From Glaucostegus cemiculus (taxonomy: Eukaryota), in contig CDPCPM010000280.1 of assembly GCA_976551045.1 (NCBI GenBank), positions 3,286,001 through 3,350,000 of the forward strand: a stretch of DNA of 64,000 nucleotides, written 5' to 3'. Both the position numbers and the translations under genes were made by a program. The notes below the pieces were generated by a model. It was given only the letters and a program-made list of their open reading frames with translations, was not told the origin of the DNA and did not search any database. The first letter of the stretch is position 1; each line of letters opens with the position of its first letter. This document shows positions 63,415 through 64,000 of the stretch, piece after piece.

Positions 63415-64000
63415 TCATAAGAGTATAGGAGACAGGAGCAGGAGTAGGCAATCCGCTGCTTTGAGCCTGCTCAGTTGTTCATTAAGAGCTTTGCCTAACC
63501 TTCATTTCATTTTCCAGCATTATTCCCACATCTCCATATCGCTTGATTTCCTTAATGTCCAGAAATCCATCAACCTGTGAGAACACAATGACTGAACTTC
63601 CACAGCACTCCAGTGCACTACCATACTCTGAGTGATGACATTTCTCCTCAACTCCACCATAAAGAGCTTATCCCTTATTCTGAAACTGTGCCACTTTGTT
63701 ATAGAGTCTTCAGCCAAGGAATGCATTTTCCCTGCATCTAACATTTTTAAGCCATTTAAGATTTTTGTACATAATGTCCCAGTCTAGTCAATGACTCCTA
63801 CCACCCTACCACCCTTGCAACCAACTAAAGAGAATTGTACTCACTCAGTGGCAAGTATATTCTTTTTTAAGTTAGGAGACCAAAACTATCCATGATGCTC
63901 CCAGACATAGTCTCACCAAGGCCCTATAGAATTACAATACAACTTTCTCATTCTTAGCATTCATAATTACAGCTGACATACGATTTGCCCTCTTAATTGA
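63415..64000 (-). mobile_element. CR1 3' part (runs off window end)
   Basis: cataaga...aggagcaggagtaggc tail in reverse. ORF 63520..63744 has HSFRIRDKLFMVELRRNVITQ. ggagaccaaaac...tctcaccaaggccctata is the reverse complement of YRALVR...FWSP. Confidence 0.82.

Noticed and set aside
1-64000. Listed ORFs as host protein-coding genes
   Set aside because: All are short. The recognisable ones are decayed CR1, L2, RTE or Penelope frames and the rest show no recognisable domain or consistent exon chain.
1-64000. CRISPR array or prokaryotic system
   Set aside because: No regularly spaced repeat-spacer array or operon-like gene density. The DNA is vertebrate-like.

Overview
This is eukaryotic, AT-rich, strongly CpG-depleted vertebrate genomic DNA. 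Its repeat complement (HE1/V-SINE-type tRNA SINEs, Deu-domain SINEs, CR1, L2, RTE and Penelope-like elements) points to a cartilaginous fish (shark/ray); that assignment comes from recalled family consensuses, not a database search. I could not support any host protein-coding gene, tRNA, rRNA or CRISPR array. The ORFs in the track are either chance ORFs or decayed retroelement reading frames, so the window looks like a large intron or intergenic region with layered retroposon fossils, microsatellites, a 162-N assembly gap and several candidate enhancer-like islands. The most interesting signal is a Penelope-like element (PLE) system. It comprises two 5'-truncated GIY-YIG-bearing copies (19.75-20.87 kb, 37.5-38.56 kb) and seven short copies of the PLE 3' tail. 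Some short copies are long inverted repeats and three are flanked by 11-14 bp direct repeats. Most copies keep a recognisable minimal hammerhead ribozyme, and four separate copies share a non-canonical core, CUGAUGCA instead of CUGAUGAA. Repeat boundaries are read by eye and approximate (tens of bp).
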